Shown one piece after another: positions 29,301-38,866 of a stretch of DNA of 64,000 nt. Made by a program: the position numbers and the translations under genes. The stretch is taken from assembly GCA_030622115.1 (NCBI GenBank), contig JAUXGN010000012.1:1493-65492 (forward strand), read 5' to 3'. Numbering within the stretch: position 1 is the first letter of the stretch; each line of letters begins with the position of its first letter. Source of the stretch: Candidatus Eiseniibacteriota bacterium (lineage in GTDB: Bacteria > Joyebacterota > Joyebacteria > Joyebacterales > Joyebacteraceae). The notes below the pieces were generated by a model. It had not been told where the DNA came from and made no database searches. It saw nothing but the letters and a program-made list of their open reading frames with translations.

Positions 29301-31409
29301 CTATCCGGGAGCGCAGGTCAGAAAGACCCTGTCTCCCACCTCAATCTCCGATCCTGATCTTGGTGATTGCGCCTGAACCAGCCCGTTTCCCTCGAAGGCC
29401 ACTGCGAGCCCGAAGCTCGAAGCGAGCCTGCGGGCGGCTCTCACACTCATTCCGCGAAGCTCCGGCATGCGCGCCGGAGCGCCGGTGTCCACATCGCAGG
29501 AGGCCGGCCGGATGGCGGCGGTCAGATTGCCGGACACATCGGCCAAGCTGTGGAGCGGTAACGCCGACAGGATCCCCACGGCCCCGACCGGCGCGAACAG
29601 GTCGGAACCGCAGTCTTCGTAGCCGAAGCCGGACGCAACACTCATATCCGATACCGTGTGAGGATCCCGATCCACTCGTCTGCGAAGCCGCTGCCTCCCC
29701 AACACCAGGTCATGACCGGATCCTCTGATAAGCCGTTCAACGATGCGACGGAAGACCGGGGCCGCTACCTGCCCACCCAGACCTCTCCCCCTTGGCTCGT
29801 CTATCACAACCAGACAAACGATCCCCGCATCCTCAGCCGGAGCCAATCCGACGAACGACGAGACCCATTTGCCGGGCGCGTATCCGCGAATGCCCGGCAC
29901 GACCTTCTGGGCGGTTCCGGTCTTGCCGGCTACGGTCACCTCGTCGGGCGAGGCATTCATCCCGGTCCCGCGCTCTGTCACCTCAAGCATGATGCCGCGC
30001 ACAGCGGCAGCTACCTCCGGGTCAACCACTCGCCGGATGACGCATGGACTCGCTTCCTCCACAACCCGTCCATCATCATCGAGAACCGCTTTCACGATGC
30101 GCGGCTCCATGAGGCAACCACCGTTCGCGATGGCGGAGTAGGCAGTGACGAGCTGAAGCGCCGTCACTGCGATCTCCTGACCGATGCCTATCGTGTGCAC
30201 GGAGCGCGAACTCCATTCGGTCGGTTCCCTGAGCGTTCCGCGCACTTCACCGGGAAGATTGACAGCAGTGAGACAACCGAAGCCGAAGTCTCTCGCGTAC
30301 GAGTAGAGAGGATTTGCTCCAACCTCACCGGCTATCTGTGCGAAGCAGACATTCGACGATTTCACGAGCGCCGTCTCGAAATCCATCCAGCCGTGCGGCT
30401 TGACATCTCGAATGGTGAAGCTCCCAAACCGCCCCTTTCCCTGGAATGCGTAGTAGACGGATGTCATGTCGGCGGCGCCTGTGGCGAGGGAGGCGCAGGC
30501 TGTGAAGACCTTGAAGGTCGATCCCGGTTCAAACTGGTCGGTCACCGCCCTGTTGCGCCAGTTCTCCTCAGCGAAGCGATCCGGCGCATTGCAGTCGAAA
30601 GACGGCCAGTTGGCCATCGCGAGTATGTCCCCGGTCCACGGGTCCTGCACGATGACGGTTCCGCTCTTGGCCTCGTACTCCCGCACGGTGCGTTCAAGCT
30701 CAACCTCGACGATCGCCTGCAGATTCATGTCGATCGTGAGGACAACCGACATGCCGTCGTCAGGCGTCGTTCGCGTGCTGGCAGGTGCGGGTGTGCGCTG
30801 CCGCCTACTGTCCATGTAGTAGTAGACCGTTGCCTCAGAGCCGGTGAGCAAGTCGTCCATGCGGCTCTCCATTCCAGAGATGCCGCCCCCGTCGATATCC
30901 GTGTACCCGATGACGTGGCACGCGCCCCTGCCGAACGGATAGATCCGCTTCGTCTCAGCGAGGAACTCGATGCCCGGGAGATCCAGCACCGCGAGGGCCT
31001 CAGCTCTCGCAGGTTCCACCTGCCGCTCGATCCACACGAAACTCGTGTTCTTCCTGAGACGTGCCTCATACGAGGCAGTGGAACCGCCGAGCGCTCTCGA
31101 CAATCCCCGTGCCACGGTCCTCGGCGATTTGATCTCCCCGGGATAGGCGCAGATAGAACTCACCGTGAGGTTGTCGGTGAGGCACACCATATTCCTGTCG
31201 TAGATCTGACCCCTCTCGGGAGCCAGCTTGACCTCCACGACCTGCTGACGCTCGGCAAGACTAGCCAGGCGAGGTGCGTGCACGACCTGGATCAGGATCA
31301 GGCGAAGCACGATGAATGCCCACACACCCAGACCCACCAGAAGCGTGACGCTGAACCGCTTCGAGTGGACCTGCCCGGTCTTCGTGCCTTTAGCCGTTAG
31401 TCTGTGCAT
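29301..31409 (-). CDS. ftsI: class B penicillin-binding protein FtsI with C-terminal PASTA domain
   Basis: Single TM, RGQIYDRN, STFK (SxxK), SSN (SxN), KTGT; PASTA (MPELRGMS...QSP); start ATG 31409. Confidence 0.95.
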   Translation of the reverse strand: MHRLTAKGTKTGQVHSKRFSVTLLVGLGVWAFIVLRLILIQVVHAPRLASLAERQQVVEVKLAPERGQIYDRNMVCLTDNLTVSSICAYPGEIKSPRTVARGLSRALGGSTASYEARLRKNTSFVWIERQVEPARAEALAVLDLPGIEFLAETKRIYPFGRGACHVIGYTDIDGGGISGMESRMDDLLTGSEATVYYYMDSRRQRTPAPASTRTTPDDGMSVVLTIDMNLQAIVEVELERTVREYEAKSGTVIVQDPWTGDILAMANWPSFDCNAPDRFAEENWRNRAVTDQFEPGSTFKVFTACASLATGAADMTSVYYAFQGKGRFGSFTIRDVKPHGWMDFETALVKSSNVCFAQIAGEVGANPLYSYARDFGFGCLTAVNLPGEVRGTLREPTEWSSRSVHTIGIGQEIAVTALQLVTAYSAIANGGCLMEPRIVKAVLDDDGRVVEEASPCVIRRVVDPEVAAAVRGIMLEVTERGTGMNASPDEVTVAGKTGTAQKVVPGIRGYAPGKWVSSFVGLAPAEDAGIVCLVVIDEPRGRGLGGQVAAPVFRRIVERLIRGSGHDLVLGRQRLRRRVDRDPHTVSDMSVASGFGYEDCGSDLFAPVGAVGILSALPLHSLADVSGNLTAAIRPASCDVDTGAPARMPELRGMSVRAARRLASSFGLAVAFEGNGLVQAQSPRSGSEIEVGDRVFLTCAPG

Positions 31410-31770
31410 CGTCGGTCCCCGCGGCCAGGTCCCCCGGCCGAATCGTGCGGCTGATGGTGCCATCCCCAAGGCGGATGGTCTCGCCAGGCCTCGGATGGCG
31501 CATGCCGAGGCGTTCCCGAGCGTATTCCTGAATCCGCTCCCGGCTCGAGAGAGTCACGCACTCCATTCTCAGAAACCCGATCTCCGTCCTGAGACATTCC
31601 CGTCTGTGCTGGAGTTCCTCGATCTCGGACGCGAGTCTTGTGGCATAGACCTGCTGCCAGATGCAGAGAACGCCGGTCACGAGCACGGCGCCCCAGATCA
31701 GGAGGCCCCTTGCGTGAAGCGGTCCACCAACCCTGTTCACTAGTCGTGTGAGGAGCTGCAGCTTCTTCAC
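31390..31770 (-). CDS. ftsL: cell division protein FtsL
   Basis: Single TM, leucine-zipper coiled coil, RIQEYARERLGM; lies between rsmH and ftsI. Confidence 0.85.
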   Translation of the reverse strand: MKKLQLLTRLVNRVGGPLHARGLLIWGAVLVTGVLCIWQQVYATRLASEIEELQHRRECLRTEIGFLRMECVTLSSRERIQEYARERLGMRHPRPGETIRLGDGTISRTIRPGDLAAGTDDAQTNG

Positions 31771-31891
31771 GATCCGTCACGCCTCCGTTCCTCCCCGGCC
31801 CCGGCTCTGCTCGTCGTTCTGCTCTTTCCGGATTCTTCCCGGGCTGACCGGTTGCCGGCGCCTCATGGCCTCCGGCAGACCGGCGGCCCGG

Positions 31892-32836
31892 TCAACCATT
31901 GTCATACGGAGCCAGCTTCTCGGCGGCTCTGAGCTTCGCTGATCTTGCCCTCGGGTTCCTTGCTATCTCAACGTCGCCCGGACGAACCACGCGCCGCGTG
32001 AGAATGCGCAATGTGGGCTTGCGCCCGCACACGCAGACCGGGAGATCCCTGGGACAGATGCACGGCCGTTCGGCCTTGACGAAGTCCTGCTTCACGATGC
32101 GATCCTCGAGCGAGTGATACGAGATAACGACAATCCTTCCACCTGCACTCAGAAGTGATTCAGCCTGCGCGAGGCCGGAGCGCAGGTTCTCCAGTTCGGA
32201 GTTGACGGCAATCCTGAGAGCCTGGAACACACGCGCCAACGTCTTGTTGCGATTCCGTGGCTTCGTGCTCACAACCGCGTCGGCCAGCTCCGCCGTTGTT
32301 CGGCATCGCCCAGCGTCTCGAGCCCGGATGATGGCCCGCGCGATCGGACGCGCGCGATGCTCCTCTCCGAAGCTGTAGAGAATTCTGGACAACGACCGCT
32401 CATCGCTCTTCGCTATGAGTCCCATGGCGCTCGTGCCGTGGTCTCTCCCCAGACGCATATCGATCGGTCCATCATTGCGGTAGCTGAATCCGCGTTCCGC
32501 ATCGTCGAGCTGCATGGAGGAGAAACCAAGATCGAAGAGAACGCCGTCCACTCCCGCAAATCCCCGCTCCTCGGCGAGCACGGACAGATCGGCGAAATTG
32601 CCTTCAGTGATCTCCACTCTCTCTCCGAACGGTTTGAGGACCCTCGCCGCCTCATCGCATGCCGTGCTGTCCAGGTCCAGACCCAGGAGTCGGCCGGCTG
32701 GAGCATTGTCGAGAATCCGACTCGCATGCCCCCCACCACCCAGGGTGCAATCGATATACTGACCGTCCGTGCGGGTTACGAGGTAGTCGATGACCTCGGC
32801 AACCATCACCGGCAGATGCAGAGCCTGCATTGTCAC
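31892..32836 (-). CDS. rsmH: 16S rRNA m4C1402 methyltransferase RsmH (MraW)
   Basis: HLPVM, DCTLGGGGH, DLGFSSMQLD, RGFS, FQALRIAVN, SYHSLEDR, NPRARSAKLR. Confidence 0.97.
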   Translation of the reverse strand: MTMQALHLPVMVAEVIDYLVTRTDGQYIDCTLGGGGHASRILDNAPAGRLLGLDLDSTACDEAARVLKPFGERVEITEGNFADLSVLAEERGFAGVDGVLFDLGFSSMQLDDAERGFSYRNDGPIDMRLGRDHGTSAMGLIAKSDERSLSRILYSFGEEHRARPIARAIIRARDAGRCRTTAELADAVVSTKPRNRNKTLARVFQALRIAVNSELENLRSGLAQAESLLSAGGRIVVISYHSLEDRIVKQDFVKAERPCICPRDLPVCVCGRKPTLRILTRRVVRPGDVEIARNPRARSAKLRAAEKLAPYDNG

Positions 32837-32900
32837 TTCGCTTTGTTTCAGATACGCGGCGTTGTTCTACCAACAGCGAGAACGGGACGGGCGAGTGCGG

Positions 32901-33260
32901 TCAGCTCGCTCGAAGATCGTGTGAAGATGCCGGCCCCATGTGTGTGTTCGCACCGTATGTACTCATTTCGAGGACGCCGTGGAGTCCGGCGAGGAGCAAG
33001 ATGTTCCTCACATATGGGCTCAGACCGGCGACCGTCAGCTCACCCCTGTGCGAATGGACGAACTCGAACTCGCGGGCAAGCCGTGCTGCGTCCTGGTAGT
33101 CCACGTGATCCACATCGGAGAAATCGAGGACGATTCGCGTCCTTCGCGAGATCAGAAGACCGGCAAGGTGCTGATGCAGCCGGTCGAAGTCACGCGCTCC
33201 CATGGACCCGGCCATGTGAAGTACGGTTGTCCTCGCTGTTTCCCTTGGAAGGATGGTCAT
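32901..33260 (-). CDS. STAS-domain protein (atypical, D-Y in place of D-S) within the dcw operon
   Basis: STAS pattern VLHMAGSM...IVLDFSDVDHVDY...GELTVAGLSPYVRNILLLAGL; ATG 33260 after GAGGAG formed by the mraZ 3' end. Confidence 0.8.
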   Translation of the reverse strand: MTILPRETARTTVLHMAGSMGARDFDRLHQHLAGLLISRRTRIVLDFSDVDHVDYQDAARLAREFEFVHSHRGELTVAGLSPYVRNILLLAGLHGVLEMSTYGANTHMGPASSHDLRAS

Positions 33261-33264
33261 GTTT

Positions 33265-33726
33265 CTACTCCTCCCCATTGCCGATCACGTCGCCCGGGTT
33301 CTCCCAGAGGGTCTCAGCGACCTCCTCGTAGGAAAGGCCGAACTCGTCCTTGTACTTCCGGTAGCGCTCGGGATTCCAGAACTCCACGCGCTCTATCGCA
33401 CCTATCACGAGCACGTCCTTCTCCAGTCCAACGAGTTCTCTGAGTTCCTGTGGGATGACAACGCGTCCATGACTGTCCACACTGACTTCACATGCTCGTG
33501 ACGCGATCTCCCGCTTGAAGAACCGCGACTTGCCCGAGGTGAAGGAGAGCGAGCGTAGATCGCTCAGGACACGCTGCCACTCATCCCGGGGATAGAAAAA
33601 GAGACAACCGTCGAGTCCAAGCGTGAGGATGAAGATCTCCCCCGTAGCCTTCCTGAACTTCGAGGGGATCGAGAGACGTCCCTTCGCGTCGAGCGTGTGT
33701 GTGTATGTTCCCAGAAAGGAGGTCAT
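33265..33726 (-). CDS. mraZ: transcriptional regulator MraZ
   Basis: FLGTY...LDAKGRLSIPSKFR and VDSHGRVVIP AbrB-like repeats; head of dcw cluster. Confidence 0.97.
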   Translation of the reverse strand: MTSFLGTYTHTLDAKGRLSIPSKFRKATGEIFILTLGLDGCLFFYPRDEWQRVLSDLRSLSFTSGKSRFFKREIASRACEVSVDSHGRVVIPQELRELVGLEKDVLVIGAIERVEFWNPERYRKYKDEFGLSYEEVAETLWENPGDVIGNGEE

Positions 33727-33750
33727 ATGGACTTCCAGAGCAAGAACTGG

Positions 33751-33812
33751 CCCACTTCATCCCATTCCATCCCACTCGCGGGATAGTAGCCGCCCTCCCC
33801 TGACACTGTCAA
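33751..33812 (-). promoter_or_regulatory. dcw promoter with MraZ-binding boxes
   Basis: Minus strand TTGACA (33812-33807), 18 nt, TACTAT (33788-33783), then GTGGG/ATGGG/GTGGG at 10-bp period (33775, 33765, 33755). Confidence 0.8.
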
Positions 33813-33906
33813 GTGAAAAAGATGCCTGTGCTATGGGCTGTTCGTAGGTTTTCTCGTACTGCAGCAACCGGTGGGATGGCTCGGCCGTATCCCACCCCAT
33901 TTCGCG

Positions 33907-33950
33907 GGCGAATCGAGTGAGGCGAGGCGAATCGAGTGAGGCGAGGCGAA
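33907..33950. repeat. 19-bp tandem repeat x2.3
   Basis: GGCGAATCGAGTGAGGCGA at 33907 and 33926, partial at 33945. Confidence 0.9.
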
Positions 33951-33964
33951 CGTGCTCTACAAGG

Positions 33965-33998
33965 CGAAGCGCCCGGGGTCGTCGTCCCGAGCGCTTCG
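33965..33998 (-). terminator. GC-rich hairpin downstream of the large C25 gene
   Basis: Minus strand CGAAGCGCTCGGG-N8-CCCGGGCGCTTCG (13 bp with one G.U); no U tract. Confidence 0.45.
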
Positions 33999-34069
33999 AT
34001 TCAGATCAATTCTGTGTCTATGCTCCGGTCGGCGATCTCCACCTCCGCCGGATCCAATTCGTCGACGCG

Positions 34070-37000
34070 TTACTTGATGAGCAACATTTTCTTCGACTCG
34101 CTCTTGTCGCCGACGGCGATTCTGTAGAAGTAGACGCCCGATGCAACGAGCCTCCCACTTCCGTCACGCCCGTCCCAGACTGCCGAGTGGCGTCCGGGCT
34201 CCACGCGCGAATCCAGAAGCGTGCGAACGACAACTCCACCAACTGTGTAGATGGAAAGAGACACGGGCACACCGTCCTCGGCGGCCGGCACAATGAACTC
34301 TATCGTTGTGAGCGGGTTGAAAGGATTCGGAACATTCTGTTCCAGGAGTCGTCCACCGGCGTTCACAACATCATTGTCGTCGACCCCGACAGGGATCTCA
34401 AAGCCGTAGTGCTGCGTCCGCCACAGGTCGTGAAGGAAGCACCCCCATTCTATTCCGGCGCCATCATCGTAGGCGCCCTCGCAGTCCCAGACATAGACTC
34501 TGGTGTCCATCCCGCCAACCACGACCTCAACATCACCGTCCCCGTCGACATCGTCCACGGTCGGAGACCCGTAGATGTCTGCTCCTGTCTGGATCGGCCA
34601 ACCATCCAGAAGCGCCCCGTCAAGATCGAAGGCAAACAGCTTGCCCGCATCACTTCCTACGACCAACTCGAGATCCGGATCGGCATCGACATTGGCGATC
34701 GCCGGACTCGACTTCACCTTCCCGCCCAGGAACTGCGGCCAGCCGGTCATCGCGTTGCCCTGGTAGTCCCATATCATGATCTCACCGTCAGATCCCACCT
34801 GAACCAGTTCGAGGAATCCGTCACCCGTCAGGTCCGCAAGAACCGGCGAAGGGGGGAAATCTCCACTGTTCGCCATCGACTTCGGCCACCCTGCAAGCGT
34901 GTTCCCCTCATGATCGAACAGCCAGATACTCCAGCTCTTCGACGCAATCGCGATCTCCAGATCGCCATCCCCATCAACGTCTCCGACAGCCGGCGAGCTG
35001 TACGCCCTGGACGAGATTGATATGGGCCAACCGGGCACGTTGGAACCATCCGCATTGAAGCAATAGACGCTCTCCGTCGCTGCCGGCTGCAGGATTTCCA
35101 ACTCTCCATCCCCGTCTATGTCCGCAATCGCCGGAGAAGCATATACGTAGGGACTTCCAAGATCAGCGAAGACGCCGACGGTGAGCGGGTCGCCGTCTCC
35201 GTCAATAAACTCGGATCCATTGTAGCTCCAACAGTAGAGCTTGCCGTCAGCGCAGGGAATCACCACCTCGCTTCGCCCATCACGGTCGAGATCGGCGAGG
35301 GCCGGACTGGCCCAGCAGAACTTCCCGGTCGTGACAGGCCACCCTGAAACCACGCTGCCATCTTCTCCGTTCCACACAAACACCTCGTGCGCGGGAACGC
35401 CACCTGTCCCCACGTCGGCCCAAGCCGCCGCGACGATCTCGACGCCGACGTCGCCGTCCACTTCGCCGACAGCAGGTGTGCAGCGGTATCCACCTTGACC
35501 ATCGACTGCGAAAATGCCGGCGGTCCTTGGGTCGCCGTCTCCATCCTGGACCTCCGTACCGTCCGCATACCAGGCGTAGAGCTGTTCCGAGGCGGCGAGG
35601 ATCTCCTTCGAACCATCACCATCCAGATCGACAACTGCCACGCTCGAGTACATCCCTCCCGACGTGGCAAGCGGCCATCCCGAAAGACTCGGTGGATTGG
35701 TGCTGATACCGAGCACAGGGGAAGCGGTGCTCACGTTCCCTGACGAGTCCACAGCAACAACGTAGTAGTAGTATTGCGTGTTCTCATCGAGCCCACCATC
35801 AGCGAAACACGAGACGCCCTCGACGATCGCTGTGTTGGCTACGTCGTAGGGACCGGACTGGTTCTCGCTCCTCCACACATCGTATCCTCTGAGGTCGGGC
35901 TCAACGACCTGTTCCCAGTGAACACTGATGGTCGTACCCACGACATCGCCCCAGATCGAGTCGGGCGGGTCGGGCCTGTGCAGATCAAGGTACTGCGTCC
36001 ATGTCTTGCCGTACTCGTCGACAAGAAGAAGCTCGAGGTGGTTGGAGAGGTCACCGAGGATCGCAAATTCAAAACCGTCAAGGCCCGGCGCAGCCGCACC
36101 GGCTGAGATATCTCCCCACACGTCGATGCTGTCCGCGAAGTTGATCAAGCCCGGGTCGGAGTAGCTGAGTTCGCCGGTGATCCCGTCTGCGTCTCCGTTT
36201 CCGTCATTGTGAACGTCGCAGAGGAGAATCACGGTCTCCCCCGTCTCGGGAACGCCGTCTCCGTCACCGCCAACTGAATCATCGATCTGTGTGTAGATGT
36301 GAACCAACTCCGGTGCATACACGCGAACCGTGAACTCCTCCTGCCACGTGGTTCTCCCGGGCTCCGAAAAGCTCAAGGTGAATTCGGCGTCATGGTTGTT
36401 TGGACAATCGGATGTGACAAGAAGTCTGAACGCTGCGGGGAACTGAGCAGTCGCCATGGATTCCACATCACCCACGAACACCGAGTCCGCCTCGATCACG
36501 ATGTATGAATCGATCGAAGAGACGATAGCTGAGACCGCGGAAGCCGTTACGATTCCACCGTTGCGAACGCTGATGTCGAGCTCCACAACTTCGTCCGGTT
36601 CCGGTTTGCCGTTCTCGTTCCCGGAGCTTCCTCCGATGCTGTCGTCATCCACGGTTACGTCCGTGAGATGTATGTAGGCTCCGGCTGCCATGACTACATT
36701 GATGCTCGATTCGAAGACGTAGTAGTTGGGACACGTGACGGTGACCTGGAGTACACCGGTCACCGTCGGAGTGAAATCTATGTGGACCTGTCCGGCGGCG
36801 TCCGTTGTCCCGTAGGCGTAGACATCCCCGGATGAAGAGGACACACAGACCCTGGCGCCCTCCACGAGGCCGGGATCGGTCACGTTGAACGTTACACCAT
36901 CTTCCCCGACCAGCATCGCGCCTGAGAAGGCCACGGAGAGATTCCTCGGACGCGCTGTCCTCATGGCTATCTCGGGGTCACCCAGCAGAACCATGGAGAA

Positions 37001-38806
37001 CTGCGTCCACCTGTCGGTGTTGTCGCGGCCTGACTCCTCGAAACTCGCGTGAAGCGCGCACACCATCCCGTGCAAAGGTCCTATCTCCTGGCATCCAGAG
37101 ACATACAGGAGGTCCATCCAGTCCCAGTAGTAGTCGCGGCACGTCGTGGGAAAAGCGTACCGGGTCGGCCCCAGTGTGGCGAATCCCCCACCAGTCGGGT
37201 TGATGACAACGCGCTCTGCGATGCAATCGTAGTCAATGGCCGAGGATGTACAGTCAAGTAGCCAGTAGAATCCGGCCTTGTCGATGCCGTTCGTGAGACC
37301 CGATGCGTCGGACATCGTGATGTAGTTGTCGAGACCTACCCTCATAATGTCCTTGTTCCCATGGCCGACGTGAACACTGAGGTTGTACCCCTGTTCCAGC
37401 GATTCCACAGCTGCAGCGGCACTGATGGGATACGATTCCGGAAACGCAGCCGTGTTCGCGTACAGCGCGATATTGGAGACTTGAGCGGGGACGAACGGCA
37501 ACCCCGGCTCGATAATGTCGGTTGCGCCGTCAAGACTGTACGGTCCGCTCTCCCAATCGTACGGAAAGAGCACTTCCCCCATGTACAGGTTGCGATCTGT
37601 GAAGTGCGGTACGGGACTCTCCCGATAAGCCTCGCACTTGGCCAGGAACGCCTGCACGTCGACGATATTGCTCACCGGAGCACGCCCAACGAAAACATCC
37701 GGATAGAGATCAACGCCATCACCCGGCTGTTCCTCGGTCTTGTAGCCCTCGCCGTACATATCATCTCCGTCGTCGTTCCAGGTGCCGTCCAAGTCCGAGT
37801 AGTAGAGGTCTGTCGGGATATCCTCACCACTGTAGTAGGTCGTGCGCCCGTACCGCGCGGGAACGAACTCGGTGTCACCTCCGAGCAGCACATACGTTGT
37901 CCCCCACAGAGCGTATGCATCCTGGAGGAAGAACCGTATGCGTTCGGCGGTGTCGCTCCCCCCGGGGTAGTTCGCATTGATCCACGACACGGTTCGAACG
38001 ACAGCCGGCACACCCTTTTGCGTTTTCCAATCAGCGAGTTCCTGGAAATACGGTTCGTGTTCGGTCGTGGTGACGATGACGTACTCGACGGGGCTGCCCT
38101 CGAGTGACGGTGCATACCGGGGCGCAAACCCTCCACTCAGCGGGCCGGAGATCACGTCTGTCTGCATGTTCCTGAGGACACCCACCTCACCCGGATTGGC
38201 AACGATGGTCTGCACAAGACGACGATAGAGCTTGTCGGAAGCAGCGGTGATTCTCTCCCGATCCGCCGCTCTTCTGCTACACGGCTCCAGTCTGAGTTCG
38301 ACGGTCAGCTCGGGCGCCAGTACGAGCCGTCCTGATAACGGCCTCAGCTGCACGGGATAGAGTGCAATGGTAGCGATGCGATACCCGCCCAGAAATCCAT
38401 CCCCGAGGTAGACCGCCCGCTTCGGAGGATAACGAAGATCACTCGCGTAGATGCGGTCATCGGGTTCGACCCAAGGCGCGCTCGCCCCGATCGGAACCTC
38501 GGTCTGGACCGGATAGATCGCGTGCGTGCCCTCGAGAACGATCTCATCGCCTTCGATGATCACCAGATCCTCCACCGTCATTCCATCCGGAATCACGAAG
38601 CGGACGATGCGAGCCGGAATGTCCGGCTCCCCTTCGGCTGCCAGCCGCCTTCCACCGGCAAAGTTCAGGGTCTCGAATCCCCTCGTCTGTCCCAACACAA
38701 TGTCAGCAGCGATCAGTTCGGTGTGCGCGACGGGTCCGGCTGCAGCCGTGACCGATGCCACGGTTGTCGCAAGGACAAGCAGCGTGACAAGGAGTGTGGA
38801 TCGCAT
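34070..38806 (-). CDS. large secreted C25 cysteine peptidase with Ig/FN3, FG-GAP-like repeats and C-terminal FlgD-Ig/T9SS-like domain
   Basis: Signal peptide; WKTQKG, LLGGD, TDLYY, VGRAP; catalytic GHG and DC; LGDP; repeated (S/T)PAxxDxDGDG..E motifs; LEQNVPNPFNP...ASGVYF...KMLLIK. Confidence 0.88.
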   Translation of the reverse strand: MRSTLLVTLLVLATTVASVTAAAGPVAHTELIAADIVLGQTRGFETLNFAGGRRLAAEGEPDIPARIVRFVIPDGMTVEDLVIIEGDEIVLEGTHAIYPVQTEVPIGASAPWVEPDDRIYASDLRYPPKRAVYLGDGFLGGYRIATIALYPVQLRPLSGRLVLAPELTVELRLEPCSRRAADRERITAASDKLYRRLVQTIVANPGEVGVLRNMQTDVISGPLSGGFAPRYAPSLEGSPVEYVIVTTTEHEPYFQELADWKTQKGVPAVVRTVSWINANYPGGSDTAERIRFFLQDAYALWGTTYVLLGGDTEFVPARYGRTTYYSGEDIPTDLYYSDLDGTWNDDGDDMYGEGYKTEEQPGDGVDLYPDVFVGRAPVSNIVDVQAFLAKCEAYRESPVPHFTDRNLYMGEVLFPYDWESGPYSLDGATDIIEPGLPFVPAQVSNIALYANTAAFPESYPISAAAAVESLEQGYNLSVHVGHGNKDIMRVGLDNYITMSDASGLTNGIDKAGFYWLLDCTSSAIDYDCIAERVVINPTGGGFATLGPTRYAFPTTCRDYYWDWMDLLYVSGCQEIGPLHGMVCALHASFEESGRDNTDRWTQFSMVLLGDPEIAMRTARPRNLSVAFSGAMLVGEDGVTFNVTDPGLVEGARVCVSSSSGDVYAYGTTDAAGQVHIDFTPTVTGVLQVTVTCPNYYVFESSINVVMAAGAYIHLTDVTVDDDSIGGSSGNENGKPEPDEVVELDISVRNGGIVTASAVSAIVSSIDSYIVIEADSVFVGDVESMATAQFPAAFRLLVTSDCPNNHDAEFTLSFSEPGRTTWQEEFTVRVYAPELVHIYTQIDDSVGGDGDGVPETGETVILLCDVHNDGNGDADGITGELSYSDPGLINFADSIDVWGDISAGAAAPGLDGFEFAILGDLSNHLELLLVDEYGKTWTQYLDLHRPDPPDSIWGDVVGTTISVHWEQVVEPDLRGYDVWRSENQSGPYDVANTAIVEGVSCFADGGLDENTQYYYYVVAVDSSGNVSTASPVLGISTNPPSLSGWPLATSGGMYSSVAVVDLDGDGSKEILAASEQLYAWYADGTEVQDGDGDPRTAGIFAVDGQGGYRCTPAVGEVDGDVGVEIVAAAWADVGTGGVPAHEVFVWNGEDGSVVSGWPVTTGKFCWASPALADLDRDGRSEVVIPCADGKLYCWSYNGSEFIDGDGDPLTVGVFADLGSPYVYASPAIADIDGDGELEILQPAATESVYCFNADGSNVPGWPISISSRAYSSPAVGDVDGDGDLEIAIASKSWSIWLFDHEGNTLAGWPKSMANSGDFPPSPVLADLTGDGFLELVQVGSDGEIMIWDYQGNAMTGWPQFLGGKVKSSPAIANVDADPDLELVVGSDAGKLFAFDLDGALLDGWPIQTGADIYGSPTVDDVDGDGDVEVVVGGMDTRVYVWDCEGAYDDGAGIEWGCFLHDLWRTQHYGFEIPVGVDDNDVVNAGGRLLEQNVPNPFNPLTTIEFIVPAAEDGVPVSLSIYTVGGVVVRTLLDSRVEPGRHSAVWDGRDGSGRLVASGVYFYRIAVGDKSESKKMLLIK

Positions 38807-38866
38807 TCGGTCTCCCCCACTAGCGGCCATGTAGCAGATAGATGGCGCAAGGCTACAATCAAGAAA

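Noticed and set aside
29658-31400. 580-aa plus-strand ORF antisense to ftsI
   Set aside because: Codon-aligned shadow of a GC-rich gene; no recognisable motifs or SD. Similar shadows occur throughout the window.
31777-31866. 29-aa ORF between rsmH and ftsL
   Set aside because: Too short, low complexity, no recognisable family; cannot be supported.
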